DNA of 13,336 nt from Armatimonadota bacterium. Its GTDB lineage: Bacteria; Armatimonadota; UBA10988. The stretch spans positions 1 through 13,336 of the forward strand of contig JACRKZ010000123.1 in the NCBI GenBank assembly GCA_016235455.1, given 5' to 3'. Positions 1-7,600 of the stretch are shown here, in pieces. Both the position numbers and the translations under genes were made by a program. Position 1 is the first letter of the stretch. Every line of letters begins with the position of its first letter. The notes beneath the pieces are model-generated. The model did not search any database. It saw only the letters and a program-made list of their open reading frames with translations, and had not been told where the DNA came from.

Positions 1-762
1 ACACCCCGTGCCAGGCCCCAGTGGCACCTCGGTGATCCGGCCGTCCTGTGTGCACAGGATGCGTGTGACCAGCCGCTTGGTCGGCTTGGTCAGCATGCAG
101 TATTCGGTGTCGCGGAACAGGACCTTGTCACCCACGGCCAGGCGGCGTGCGGTGGTCGCTGACTTCAGGTACACATACCATGGCAGGTTGTCGGGAACCG
201 GATGCGGGTAGTGCGTGGTCACCCAGAAGCCGGTGTCGCCCACCGCCCGGGCAACGCGCGCCACGGGCGCCACGCGCTGCCGGGGAACGGCGTCAACCTG
301 AGCGCCCGCCACGGGCGGCGAGGCACCGGCCAGTTCGAGGATGACCTCGTGGTGGAGTCTGGCGGCCTTCGCGGCCAGTTCGGAGGCCCCGATGGCCAGG
401 AGCAGCCGCCCCACCGTGTCATAGGCCCGCAGCGCGTCCTGTGCCGTCAGGTCGTCCTCGTGCGCCCAGCGGTTGCGCATCTCGCGCAGGTCATGCAGGA
501 GGGTCAGGCCGAACGCACCCACCTTGTCAAGGAAGGCGGCGTGCCAGTTGTCCAGCATCACGCGCAGGTAGCCCTGGGTGTCCAGGTCATCGCTGGCCGG
601 CACCGGTCCCCAGCCAGAGGCGACCCGCGCCGCGTTCTGCGGCGCCCGTGAGCGCCACTCAGCGCCATAGCGCTCGGCCATCACACGGTCCACGAACGGG
701 GCCAGCCCTTCCTTGAGCAGGTCCAGTGCCTGCCTGACGCGATCTCTGCTGCTAGTCGACAT
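1..762 (-). CDS. Swt1-like HEPN domain protein with a C-terminal possible EVE/PUA-like domain (3' end truncated by the window, 254 codons visible)
   Basis: Translated by hand; absent from the ORF track because there is no stop in the window. ATG at 762 is preceded by GGGGAG, and the frame is open to base 1. The protein begins MSTSSRDRVRQALDLLKEGLAPFVDRVM, then DDLDTQGYLRVMLDNWHAAF and LLHDLREMRNRWAHEDDLTAQDALRAYDTVGRLLLAIGA. This matches the Swt1-like HEPN pattern known from the N-terminus of DUF499 proteins. The RxxxxH motif is R96-H101 (477-460). Confidence 0.85.
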   Translation of the reverse strand, partial: MSTSSRDRVRQALDLLKEGLAPFVDRVMAERYGAEWRSRAPQNAARVASGWGPVPASDDLDTQGYLRVMLDNWHAAFLDKVGAFGLTLLHDLREMRNRWAHEDDLTAQDALRAYDTVGRLLLAIGASELAAKAARLHHEVILELAGASPPVAGAQVDAVPRQRVAPVARVARAVGDTGFWVTTHYPHPVPDNLPWYVYLKSATTARRLAVGDKVLFRDTEYCMLTKPTKRLVTRILCTQDGRITEVPLGPGTGC

Positions 763-838
763 CCGCGTCTCCCCGCCACAGCATCGACAGTTCTCCGTAG
801 GGCCACCCCGTCCTGCGCAGCCACCTCACCACGCCACG

Positions 839-3163
839 CTACTCGTACGTCACGCGGTAGTCCACCTGGTCCACGGCACTGACAATCTTCCCGCCGATCT
901 GGTCGAAGTCGATCAGCCGCACCGCCCAACGATAGGTGCGCCGGCCATCGGCATGCTCGTCGACATACCACTGGCCAGTCCAGCCCAGCGGCTTGGTCGG
1001 CGTCTGCACCTGCTCGATGCGCTTGGCCCGGCGGTTGGTGGTGAACTCCGCGGTGAACCAGGTCTCCTCGCGGTCGTAGCCCTCGTCGCACCACTGCCGC
1101 CGCGCGTAGGTGCCGGCGCCGCGCACGACATACAGGTCCCGGTCGGCCCACTTCTTCCAATCTTCCGGCACGACAATCTTCGTCGGCCACCACTGCTCGG
1201 GCGCATGAACGGTGATTTGGTCGCCCCGCACGGTCACCCGCGCCGGCGCGGACTTGGGCTTGGCCGGCAGGCGCATGGCGAAGGCCGGGTCGCCGAACTG
1301 CGTGCGGATCTGCGCCTGGTAGCGATAGATGCCACCAGCGTCTTCGCGACGGTCGAGGATGGCGACGCGCGCGCTGTTGATCGATCGGCGGTGCGCCTGG
1401 CCCAGCGTCTGGCCGGCCAGCATGCCGTTCCAGAACTCGATGCGCTGCAGTTCCGACGGCGCGCAGCCCTCGCGCCCGTTGCCGGCGAAGGCCACCGCGC
1501 CACAGCGGAACAGCCGCGCCACGACCGAGCGGTAGTCGGTCTCGCGGTCCATCGAGCAGGTCAGGCAGCCGCCCGACTCCACCACCACCGGCGCCAACAG
1601 CACCTGGGCGTCCCAGCCGAAGGTGTGGCCCAGCTCGTGCCACCAGGAATGGTCGGTGTGGGCCAGCGCCGCGCAGCTCGCCAGCGGCGAGCCCTGGTCG
1701 AAGGTCAAGGCACGCTGACCGGGCTTGCCGTCGGCTGGCGCCTTGATCCACTTGAGGTCGTCGCTCGTGTGGCGGTAGCCCGCGTCGAAGCCGACGTTCT
1801 CGAACAGCCGCGCGTAGGTATTCTCCCAGCGCGACTGGCAGGCACGATCTTGCCACTCGGGCGCCAGCAGCGCCGAGTAGGTCAGCACGCGGCTGGCATA
1901 GAGTGTGCCATAGGACGCATTCTCGGCGATGACGCGCGACACACCGATCTCGGCGAAGTCGTCTGCATCGGCGTTGGCAAACGGCAGGTCCGAGGTCTGT
2001 TCCTCCACCACGCCGCCGTGACCGATGATCGCCTGCGGAATGGCGTCGGGGAAGCCGACCAGACAGAGGTGCTCCGGCGCCGAGCCGAGCGCGTCGTAGT
2101 AGCCGCGCAGGTCGCCGCCGAGCTGCTCGGCCGTGGGCCATGTCAGGTGCACATCGGACTTGCCCGGCCCGGTGCGTGTGCCCAGCGAGACCGCGTAGCG
2201 CCGGCCGCCGAGCTCGATGGTGTCGCCCGAGGCCAACGGGCTTGACCACGCGCGGTCGACCTGCACCGACAGCCGCAGATTGCGTTCGTTGGCCTCGCCG
2301 GTCAGGTAGTAGGCATACTCGTGGCCATCGAAGCTGATGCGGCCCGACTTGGCCGGCGCCGCCGATCGGGGCAGGCCGGCGGGTAGTTCACCGACCGCCG
2401 GCTGGCTGACAAAGGGCGACTTCCAGCGCGTCTCGTAGGTCAATGGCACCACCAGCCCGCCACGGCCCGCGGCCAGCAGCGCGCCGCTCAACGACAGTCG
2501 CCGGATCACCGCGTGTTGGCGATCGGCCGGGTTCACGGCGGCCAGATAGGTCACTCCCCAGCGCCTCGCCTTGGCCCAGGCCACCACCGCCCGCGCATCG
2601 GCCAGCCGCACCACGGGCAGGCCGGGCTCGACGTTGGCCGCGCCGACGGCCACCACTTCGCGCACACGGAGCCGCCGCAGTTCGCCCACCGTGTCGCGAG
2701 CCAGGCCCTGGCGGCCCGCAAAGAGCAGCGGGGCCCGCAACCGGGCGGCCAGCGCCGAAGCGACCAACGCCGCTTCGTAGTCGTCCTCGGCGCACACGAC
2801 GGCCGTGGCCGCCGACTGCCAGAAGGTGCGGCTGAGCAGACCGGCCACGTCGCTCAGCGAACTGCCCGCCAGCGGCCTGGCAACGGCCTGCACCGAGCCA
2901 CCCACGGCCCAGGTCGTGCTCGGCCGGTAGCGCCGGACATAGTCGGCCACCTCGGGCGTGATGGCGCCACCAGGCTCGAGCGCGACCACGGCCGGTGCGC
3001 CGTCGGTGACGACGGTGGCCGCCGGCACGGCCGCCAGATAGGCAAAGTCCTGCCAGGACGGCTCCGCCGCCAAGGGCACCAGCAGCAAGGCGCGCTGGCC
3101 GGCCGCCTCGGCCGAGGTGGCCAGGCAGACCAGTGAGGCAAGCAACAAGGCGGGCGATCTCAT
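839..3163 (-). CDS. Secreted protein with cell wall-binding repeat 2 (CWB2)-like modules and a C25 (gingipain-like, clan CD) cysteine peptidase domain
   Basis: 783-aa ORF in the track. The likely start is ATG 3163 (alternatives 3181, 3190), giving signal peptide MRSPALLLASLVCLATSAEA. CWB2-like segment: AVVCAEDDYEAALVASALAARLRAPLLF...VREVVAVG. C25-like motifs: HLCLVGFPDAIP, SDLPFANADADDFAEIGVSRV, putative catalytic His in HTDHSW (1651-1649), putative catalytic Cys in VVESGGCLT (1567-1565), GAVAFAG and FGDP. Confidence 0.7.
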   Translation of the reverse strand: MRSPALLLASLVCLATSAEAAGQRALLLVPLAAEPSWQDFAYLAAVPAATVVTDGAPAVVALEPGGAITPEVADYVRRYRPSTTWAVGGSVQAVARPLAGSSLSDVAGLLSRTFWQSAATAVVCAEDDYEAALVASALAARLRAPLLFAGRQGLARDTVGELRRLRVREVVAVGAANVEPGLPVVRLADARAVVAWAKARRWGVTYLAAVNPADRQHAVIRRLSLSGALLAAGRGGLVVPLTYETRWKSPFVSQPAVGELPAGLPRSAAPAKSGRISFDGHEYAYYLTGEANERNLRLSVQVDRAWSSPLASGDTIELGGRRYAVSLGTRTGPGKSDVHLTWPTAEQLGGDLRGYYDALGSAPEHLCLVGFPDAIPQAIIGHGGVVEEQTSDLPFANADADDFAEIGVSRVIAENASYGTLYASRVLTYSALLAPEWQDRACQSRWENTYARLFENVGFDAGYRHTSDDLKWIKAPADGKPGQRALTFDQGSPLASCAALAHTDHSWWHELGHTFGWDAQVLLAPVVVESGGCLTCSMDRETDYRSVVARLFRCGAVAFAGNGREGCAPSELQRIEFWNGMLAGQTLGQAHRRSINSARVAILDRREDAGGIYRYQAQIRTQFGDPAFAMRLPAKPKSAPARVTVRGDQITVHAPEQWWPTKIVVPEDWKKWADRDLYVVRGAGTYARRQWCDEGYDREETWFTAEFTTNRRAKRIEQVQTPTKPLGWTGQWYVDEHADGRRTYRWAVRLIDFDQIGGKIVSAVDQVDYRVTYE

Positions 3164-3249
3164 CAGCGGCTCTCGATTCATGTGGCCCATTCAACGTGTT
3201 CGGCCGACCACCTTCCGCCGTGGGAAGCCGGAACTACGAACAAATGCGC

Positions 3250-3279
3250 TTGACAGGAACGCTTCGTATTCCGTATCGT
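3250..3279 (+). promoter_or_regulatory. Putative sigma70-type promoter for the glycoside hydrolase cluster
   Basis: Perfect -35 TTGACA (3250-3255), 18-bp spacer and -10-like TATCGT (3274-3279), in an AT-richer divergent intergenic region 30 bp upstream of the GH74 start. Confidence 0.6.
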
Positions 3280-3284
3280 CCCTA

Positions 3285-3298
3285 TGGTATCGATATCA
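3285..3298. promoter_or_regulatory. Putative LacI/GalR-family operator TGGTATCGATATCA
   Basis: 14-bp palindrome with one mismatched pair, a central CG and TG...CA ends, which is the usual LacI-family operator shape. It lies over the predicted transcription start and overlaps the first base of the RBS AAGGAG (3298-3303). Confidence 0.65.
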
Positions 3299-3308
3299 AG
3301 GAGCTGCT

Positions 3309-5441
3309 ATGGCACCGCTGTTCCTGCTGCTCGTGGGCCTGTCGGCAACTGCGCCAACGGTGGCGCCGTACCAGTGGTCGAACGTGACCATTGTGGCCGG
3401 CGGGTTCATGCCGGGCATCGTCTTCCATCCCAAGGCGCCCGGCGTGGCCTACATCCGCTCTGACATGGGCGGCGCGTACCGGCTCGACCCGGTCACGCGG
3501 CGGTGGGTGCCACTCATGGACTTCACGCGCGACTACGTGGAGACCGGCGTGGAGAGCATCGCCCTTGACCCGACCAACGCCGACCGCGTCTACCTGGCTT
3601 GCGGCACAGCCACAGCCGATTGGGCGCCGAGAGGCTTTCTGCTGCGTTCCGACGACCGCGGCCAGACGCTCGAGCGCATTCCGCTACCCTTCAAGTGCGG
3701 CGGCAACGACGACGGCCGGTCGATTGGCGAGCGGCTGGCGGTCAACCCGCGGCGCACCGACGAACTGTGGATGGGCACGCGCCAGGCCGGCCTGTGGCGC
3801 AGCACTGATCGCGGCCGCACCTGGACGCAGGTGTCCAGCTTCCACGTGACCGACACGTCGCAAGGCCCATGGCGCAACATCGGTGTGGGCTTCGTGCTGT
3901 TCACGCCGACGGGCACGATGTACGTCGGCTCGGCCACGACACCCACCAGCCTGTGGCAGAGCCGCGACGAAGGCGCAAGCTGGGCACCCGTGGTCGGCCA
4001 GCCGACGGGCATGGTGCCGCACCACGCTCAGTTGGCCAGCAACGGCCTCTTGTACGTCACCTGGTGTGACCAGCCCGGACCCAACGGCGTCGGCGACAGC
4101 CAGGTCTGGAAGCTGAACACCGCCACCGGGGCTTGGACGAACATCACGCCCAACGCCCAGCCGGGCAAGAAGCTGGGCTACGGCTACGCCGGCCTGGCCG
4201 TGGATGCCCAGCACCCCGACACGCTGATGGTCAGCACCACCTGCCGCTGGTGGCCTGGTGACGACCAGTGGCGCAGCATCGACGGCGGCGCGACATGGAA
4301 GCAGGTCGGCCCGACGGCCCGGCGCGATCCGTCCATCTCCCCCTACCTGCGCTGGGGCAAGCCGGCGACCGAGCAGCCCGGCGCGGGCAACTGGGAAGGC
4401 AGCATCGTCATCGACCCATTCAACGCCGACCGTGTGTTGTATGTCACCGGCGCCACGGTGTGGGGCTGCGACGACATCACCGCGCTGGACCGCGGTGAGC
4501 CCACGCACTGGTCAGTGCGCGGCGAGGGCATCGAGCAGGTGGCCGTGAAGGACCTGGTCAGCCCGACCGCCGGGCCACATCTGGTCAGCGGGATGGCGGA
4601 TATCGGCGGGTTCGTCCATGACGACCTGACCGTCTCGCCCCAGCAGGGCATGATGAGCCCGTACATGACCAACCGCAGCCTGGACGTGGCCGGTCTGGCG
4701 CCCAATGTTGTCGTGCGCGTGGGTGACGGCATCAAGATCCCCGGCTGCCTGTCGGCCGACGGCGCGCATACCTGGCGCACGTTCGCCAGCGCGCCGGTGG
4801 CTGATGCCAAGGGCGGCAGCGTGGCACTCACCGCCGATGGTTCCGCCGTGGTGTGGTCGCCCGGTGGTCAGCCGGCCTTCCGCACGGTCGACGGCGGCGC
4901 CACCTGGGCGCGGGCCGCGGGCATCGATGGGCCGGTGGTGCTCAGCGCCGACCGGGCCGACGCCCGGCGCGTCTATGCCCTGCCCGCTCGCCGCGACGAC
5001 ACGCCCGCCACGTTGCTGGTCAGCGTCGATGGCGGGCTCAGCTTCCGGTCCGCGGCCAGCGGTCTGCGCGGTCGTCAGCCCAAGGCGGTGCCGGGACTGG
5101 CCGGCGGGCTGTGGCTCGCCGCGAGCGACGGCCTGTGGCGCTCGACCGACGGCGGCGCGACGTTCGCCCGGCTGCCGGGCGTGACCTCGGCGCTGTCCGT
5201 GGCCTTCGGCATGGCCGCGCCGGGCCAGACCCATCCCGCGGTCTTCGCCTCGGCGACCATCGACGGCACCGCCGCTGTCTATCGCTCGGACGACGCCGGA
5301 GCCAAGTGGCTGCGGGTCAACGACGACGAGCACCAGTGGGGCGGCCTGTATGGCGCGCTGGCCGGAGATATGCGGGTGTTCGGCCGCTTCTACCTGGGCA
5401 CCAACGGCCGCGGCATCATCATGGGCCAACCACGCCCATAG
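3309..5441 (+). CDS. GH74 family xyloglucanase (secreted, 710 aa, no appended CBM seen)
   Basis: ATG 3309 follows RBS AAGGAG and starts a hydrophobic signal peptide. GH74 N-terminal signature YQWSNVTIVAGGFMPGIVFHP...AYIRSDMGGAYR holds a catalytic Asp (3462-3464). The second catalytic Asp is in SGMADIGGF (4599-4601). Also GGNDDGRSIGERLAV, many S/T-x-D-x-G-x-x-W boxes and C-terminal FGRFYLGTNGRGI. Confidence 0.92.
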   Translation: MAPLFLLLVGLSATAPTVAPYQWSNVTIVAGGFMPGIVFHPKAPGVAYIRSDMGGAYRLDPVTRRWVPLMDFTRDYVETGVESIALDPTNADRVYLACGTATADWAPRGFLLRSDDRGQTLERIPLPFKCGGNDDGRSIGERLAVNPRRTDELWMGTRQAGLWRSTDRGRTWTQVSSFHVTDTSQGPWRNIGVGFVLFTPTGTMYVGSATTPTSLWQSRDEGASWAPVVGQPTGMVPHHAQLASNGLLYVTWCDQPGPNGVGDSQVWKLNTATGAWTNITPNAQPGKKLGYGYAGLAVDAQHPDTLMVSTTCRWWPGDDQWRSIDGGATWKQVGPTARRDPSISPYLRWGKPATEQPGAGNWEGSIVIDPFNADRVLYVTGATVWGCDDITALDRGEPTHWSVRGEGIEQVAVKDLVSPTAGPHLVSGMADIGGFVHDDLTVSPQQGMMSPYMTNRSLDVAGLAPNVVVRVGDGIKIPGCLSADGAHTWRTFASAPVADAKGGSVALTADGSAVVWSPGGQPAFRTVDGGATWARAAGIDGPVVLSADRADARRVYALPARRDDTPATLLVSVDGGLSFRSAASGLRGRQPKAVPGLAGGLWLAASDGLWRSTDGGATFARLPGVTSALSVAFGMAAPGQTHPAVFASATIDGTAAVYRSDDAGAKWLRVNDDEHQWGGLYGALAGDMRVFGRFYLGTNGRGIIMGQPRP

Positions 5442-5452
5442 GAGATCAGCCA

Positions 5453-7600
5453 GTGTTCTGGACCATCTTGACCGCGTGCCTCGTCGGCGCTGAGCCGGCG
5501 CCGCCGTTCCCCGCCGCGCTGGAGGCAGCCGCGGTGACCCAGGACCGACTGGACAACCAGCAGTCACGGGCCATGCTGCTCGGCAACGGCGACCTCATGG
5601 CGCTGGTCTACAGTGACGGCGCCGACCTGATCGTGCATCTGTCCAAAACCGACGTGTGGGACGCGCGCATCGACACCTCCGCCGACCCCGAGTTGCCCAG
5701 CATCGATCCCGCCAAGCGCACCTTCCGCGGCGCGTCGGACCCGCCGAGTTGGAACAAGCGCACCTATCCCTGTGGCGTGCCCTTTGGCAGGGTGCGGCTC
5801 AAGGGCGCCGCACCGGCCGCCGGCCTGACCGCCCGGCTCGACCTGGCGCGGGGGCTGGCGCAGGTGGCGACCGGCGCGGGCACAACGCAGGCGCGCGTGC
5901 TGTGGCAGGCCAACGCCCTGCTGCTGGACACACCCGCCCTCGCCAGCCTGGAGGGCGACCCGTTCGACTTCCTGCCGGCCGCGACCACCGGCGCCGACGG
6001 CGACGTTCAGTGGCTGCGACAGGACCTGCCGGGCGACACCGATTACGCCGGCATGGAGGTGGCCGTGGCGCTGGCCGGCGCCGTTGGTCGGCAGGTCGTG
6101 GCCGTGGTCACCTCGCGCGAGGCCAAGGACCCACGCGCGGCGGCGCTGGCGCTGGCCCGGCGCACTCTGTCCGGCGACGCGACGCGGCTGACAGCCGAGC
6201 ATGAGCGTGGCTGGCGCGGCTTCTGGGCGCGCAGCGGCGTGGCCTTGGCGGTGCCCGAGTTCGAGCGCTGGTGGTACCGGCAGGTCTACTACCTGGGCTG
6301 CTTCTCGCGACCGGGCAAAGTGGCGGTGGGGCTCAAGGCCGGGCTCGACGGACTGGCCGGCTGGCACAACTCCTACAAGTTCAACTACAACACCCAGCAG
6401 ACCTACTTTTCGCCCGGCCCGGTGAACCATCCCGAACTGGCCGAGCCCATCGTCGAGGCCGTCTACCAGTACCTGCCGCGCGCGAAGTGGCTGGCCAAGA
6501 CCTGCTTCGTGGGCTGTGAGGGCGCCTTTGTGCACAGCGACGTCTGGCCCTATGAGCCCGACCCGGCGGTCTGCGCGAGCCGGAACCGGCGGCAACTGGC
6601 CTACATGCCCTGGGGCTTCTCGCTGGGCATGAACGGCATGATTGCCACCACCCTGTGGGAGAGCTACCTCTACCGGCCCGACCGCGACTATCTGGCGCGC
6701 CGCATCTATCCCGTGCTGTCGGAGATGGCGCGGTTCTACTGCTCCTTTGTCGAGAAGTGCCCGCTGGACGCCGCGGGCAAGACGGTGCTCGGACCCAGCT
6801 TCTACCCCGAACAGGGCGGCTTCGGCCAGATGAACACCGCCTGGGACATCGCCTATGTCCACTACGGGCTGTCCGCGGCGCTGTCCGCGGCGCAGGTGCT
6901 CGGGCGCGACAAGGACCTGGCCGCGCGCATCCAGCGGACGCTGGCGCTGCTGCCTACCTACTCGACCGTGCCCGACCCGCGGCAGGGCAACCAGAGCGTG
7001 GTGGAGCAATGGCTCGGCGCGGGTTTGCGCGGCGACAACCACTGCTCGTGCGTACAGCCGGTGTTCCCCGGTGCGCAGGTCCACTGGTTCTCGCCGGCGG
7101 CCGACCAGGAGCTGTTCCGCCGCACCATCCGCTACCAGTACCCGCGCTCGGCCAAGAACAACCCGGTGGTCATGGTCAACATCTCTCGCGCGCGCCTGTC
7201 GATGACCGCCGACGCCCATGACGACACGCTGACCTGGTTCCGCCGTCAGGAGCAGCCCAACGGCCTGTTCCACTGGGAAGGTCACGGCTTCTACATCAGC
7301 GAGCAGGCCGCCGTATCTCGGCTGGTCACTGAGTTCCTGCTGCAGAGCGTGGACAACACCATCCGCATCTTCCCCGCTTGGCCCAAGGAGCAGGACGCGC
7401 GGTTCGCGGGACTGCGGGCCCAAGGCGGCTTCCTGGTCAGCGCGGAACTGAATGGCGGCACCATCCGCACAGTCACGATCACGTCCACAGTCGGCGGGCG
7501 GCTGCGCGTGCTGAGCCCGTGGACGGACCAGGTCATCGAGCGCGACACGCGGCCGGGCCAGGTGGTAGAGTTGCGAGCTGAAAGCGGTGCCAAGCCATGA
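5453..7600 (+). CDS. GH95-like glycoside hydrolase (related to alpha-1,2-L-fucosidase / alpha-L-galactosidase), 715 aa
   Basis: GTG 5453 follows AGGAG (5440-5444), which overlaps the GH74 stop. Motifs: N-terminal AMLLGNGDLMALV and SKTDVWD; WHNSYKFNYNTQQTY (cf. GH95 WxxxYHxNINxQMNYW); PSFYPEQG (cf. SPE); and the typical C-terminus EFLLQS...IRIFPAWP...FAGLRAQGGFLVSA. Confidence 0.8.
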   Translation: MFWTILTACLVGAEPAPPFPAALEAAAVTQDRLDNQQSRAMLLGNGDLMALVYSDGADLIVHLSKTDVWDARIDTSADPELPSIDPAKRTFRGASDPPSWNKRTYPCGVPFGRVRLKGAAPAAGLTARLDLARGLAQVATGAGTTQARVLWQANALLLDTPALASLEGDPFDFLPAATTGADGDVQWLRQDLPGDTDYAGMEVAVALAGAVGRQVVAVVTSREAKDPRAAALALARRTLSGDATRLTAEHERGWRGFWARSGVALAVPEFERWWYRQVYYLGCFSRPGKVAVGLKAGLDGLAGWHNSYKFNYNTQQTYFSPGPVNHPELAEPIVEAVYQYLPRAKWLAKTCFVGCEGAFVHSDVWPYEPDPAVCASRNRRQLAYMPWGFSLGMNGMIATTLWESYLYRPDRDYLARRIYPVLSEMARFYCSFVEKCPLDAAGKTVLGPSFYPEQGGFGQMNTAWDIAYVHYGLSAALSAAQVLGRDKDLAARIQRTLALLPTYSTVPDPRQGNQSVVEQWLGAGLRGDNHCSCVQPVFPGAQVHWFSPAADQELFRRTIRYQYPRSAKNNPVVMVNISRARLSMTADAHDDTLTWFRRQEQPNGLFHWEGHGFYISEQAAVSRLVTEFLLQSVDNTIRIFPAWPKEQDARFAGLRAQGGFLVSAELNGGTIRTVTITSTVGGRLRVLSPWTDQVIERDTRPGQVVELRAESGAKP

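Noticed and set aside
202-651. 149-aa + strand ORF and other small ORFs within 8..716
   Set aside because: They overlap the HEPN gene on the - strand, which has an RBS and recognisable motifs.
681-2249. Long ORFs 713..2245 (+, 510 aa) and 681..2249 (-, 522 aa)
   Set aside because: Antisense and alternate-frame shadows of the C25 peptidase gene. They are Arg/Ala/Gly-rich with no motifs, as expected in high-GC DNA.
3212-3227. Small inverted repeat CTTCC-GCCGTG-GGAAG in the divergent intergenic region
   Set aside because: A 5-bp stem is expected by chance, and there is no other supporting feature.
3117-3308. N-terminal extension of the GH74 ORF from 3117
   Set aside because: It overlaps the divergent gene and the promoter. 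The RBS and signal peptide support ATG 3309.
4853-5452. 200-aa N-terminal extension of the 915-aa ORF (possible overlap or frameshift fusion with GH74)
   Set aside because: The extension is low-complexity Arg-rich off-frame translation. GH74 ends with its normal C-terminus, and GTG 5453 has its own RBS and signal peptide.
5564-7423. 619-aa - strand ORF, and similar antisense ORFs at 8720..9862, 11114..12184 and 12317..13321
   Set aside because: Antisense shadows of well-supported glycoside hydrolase genes, caused by GC3 codon bias.
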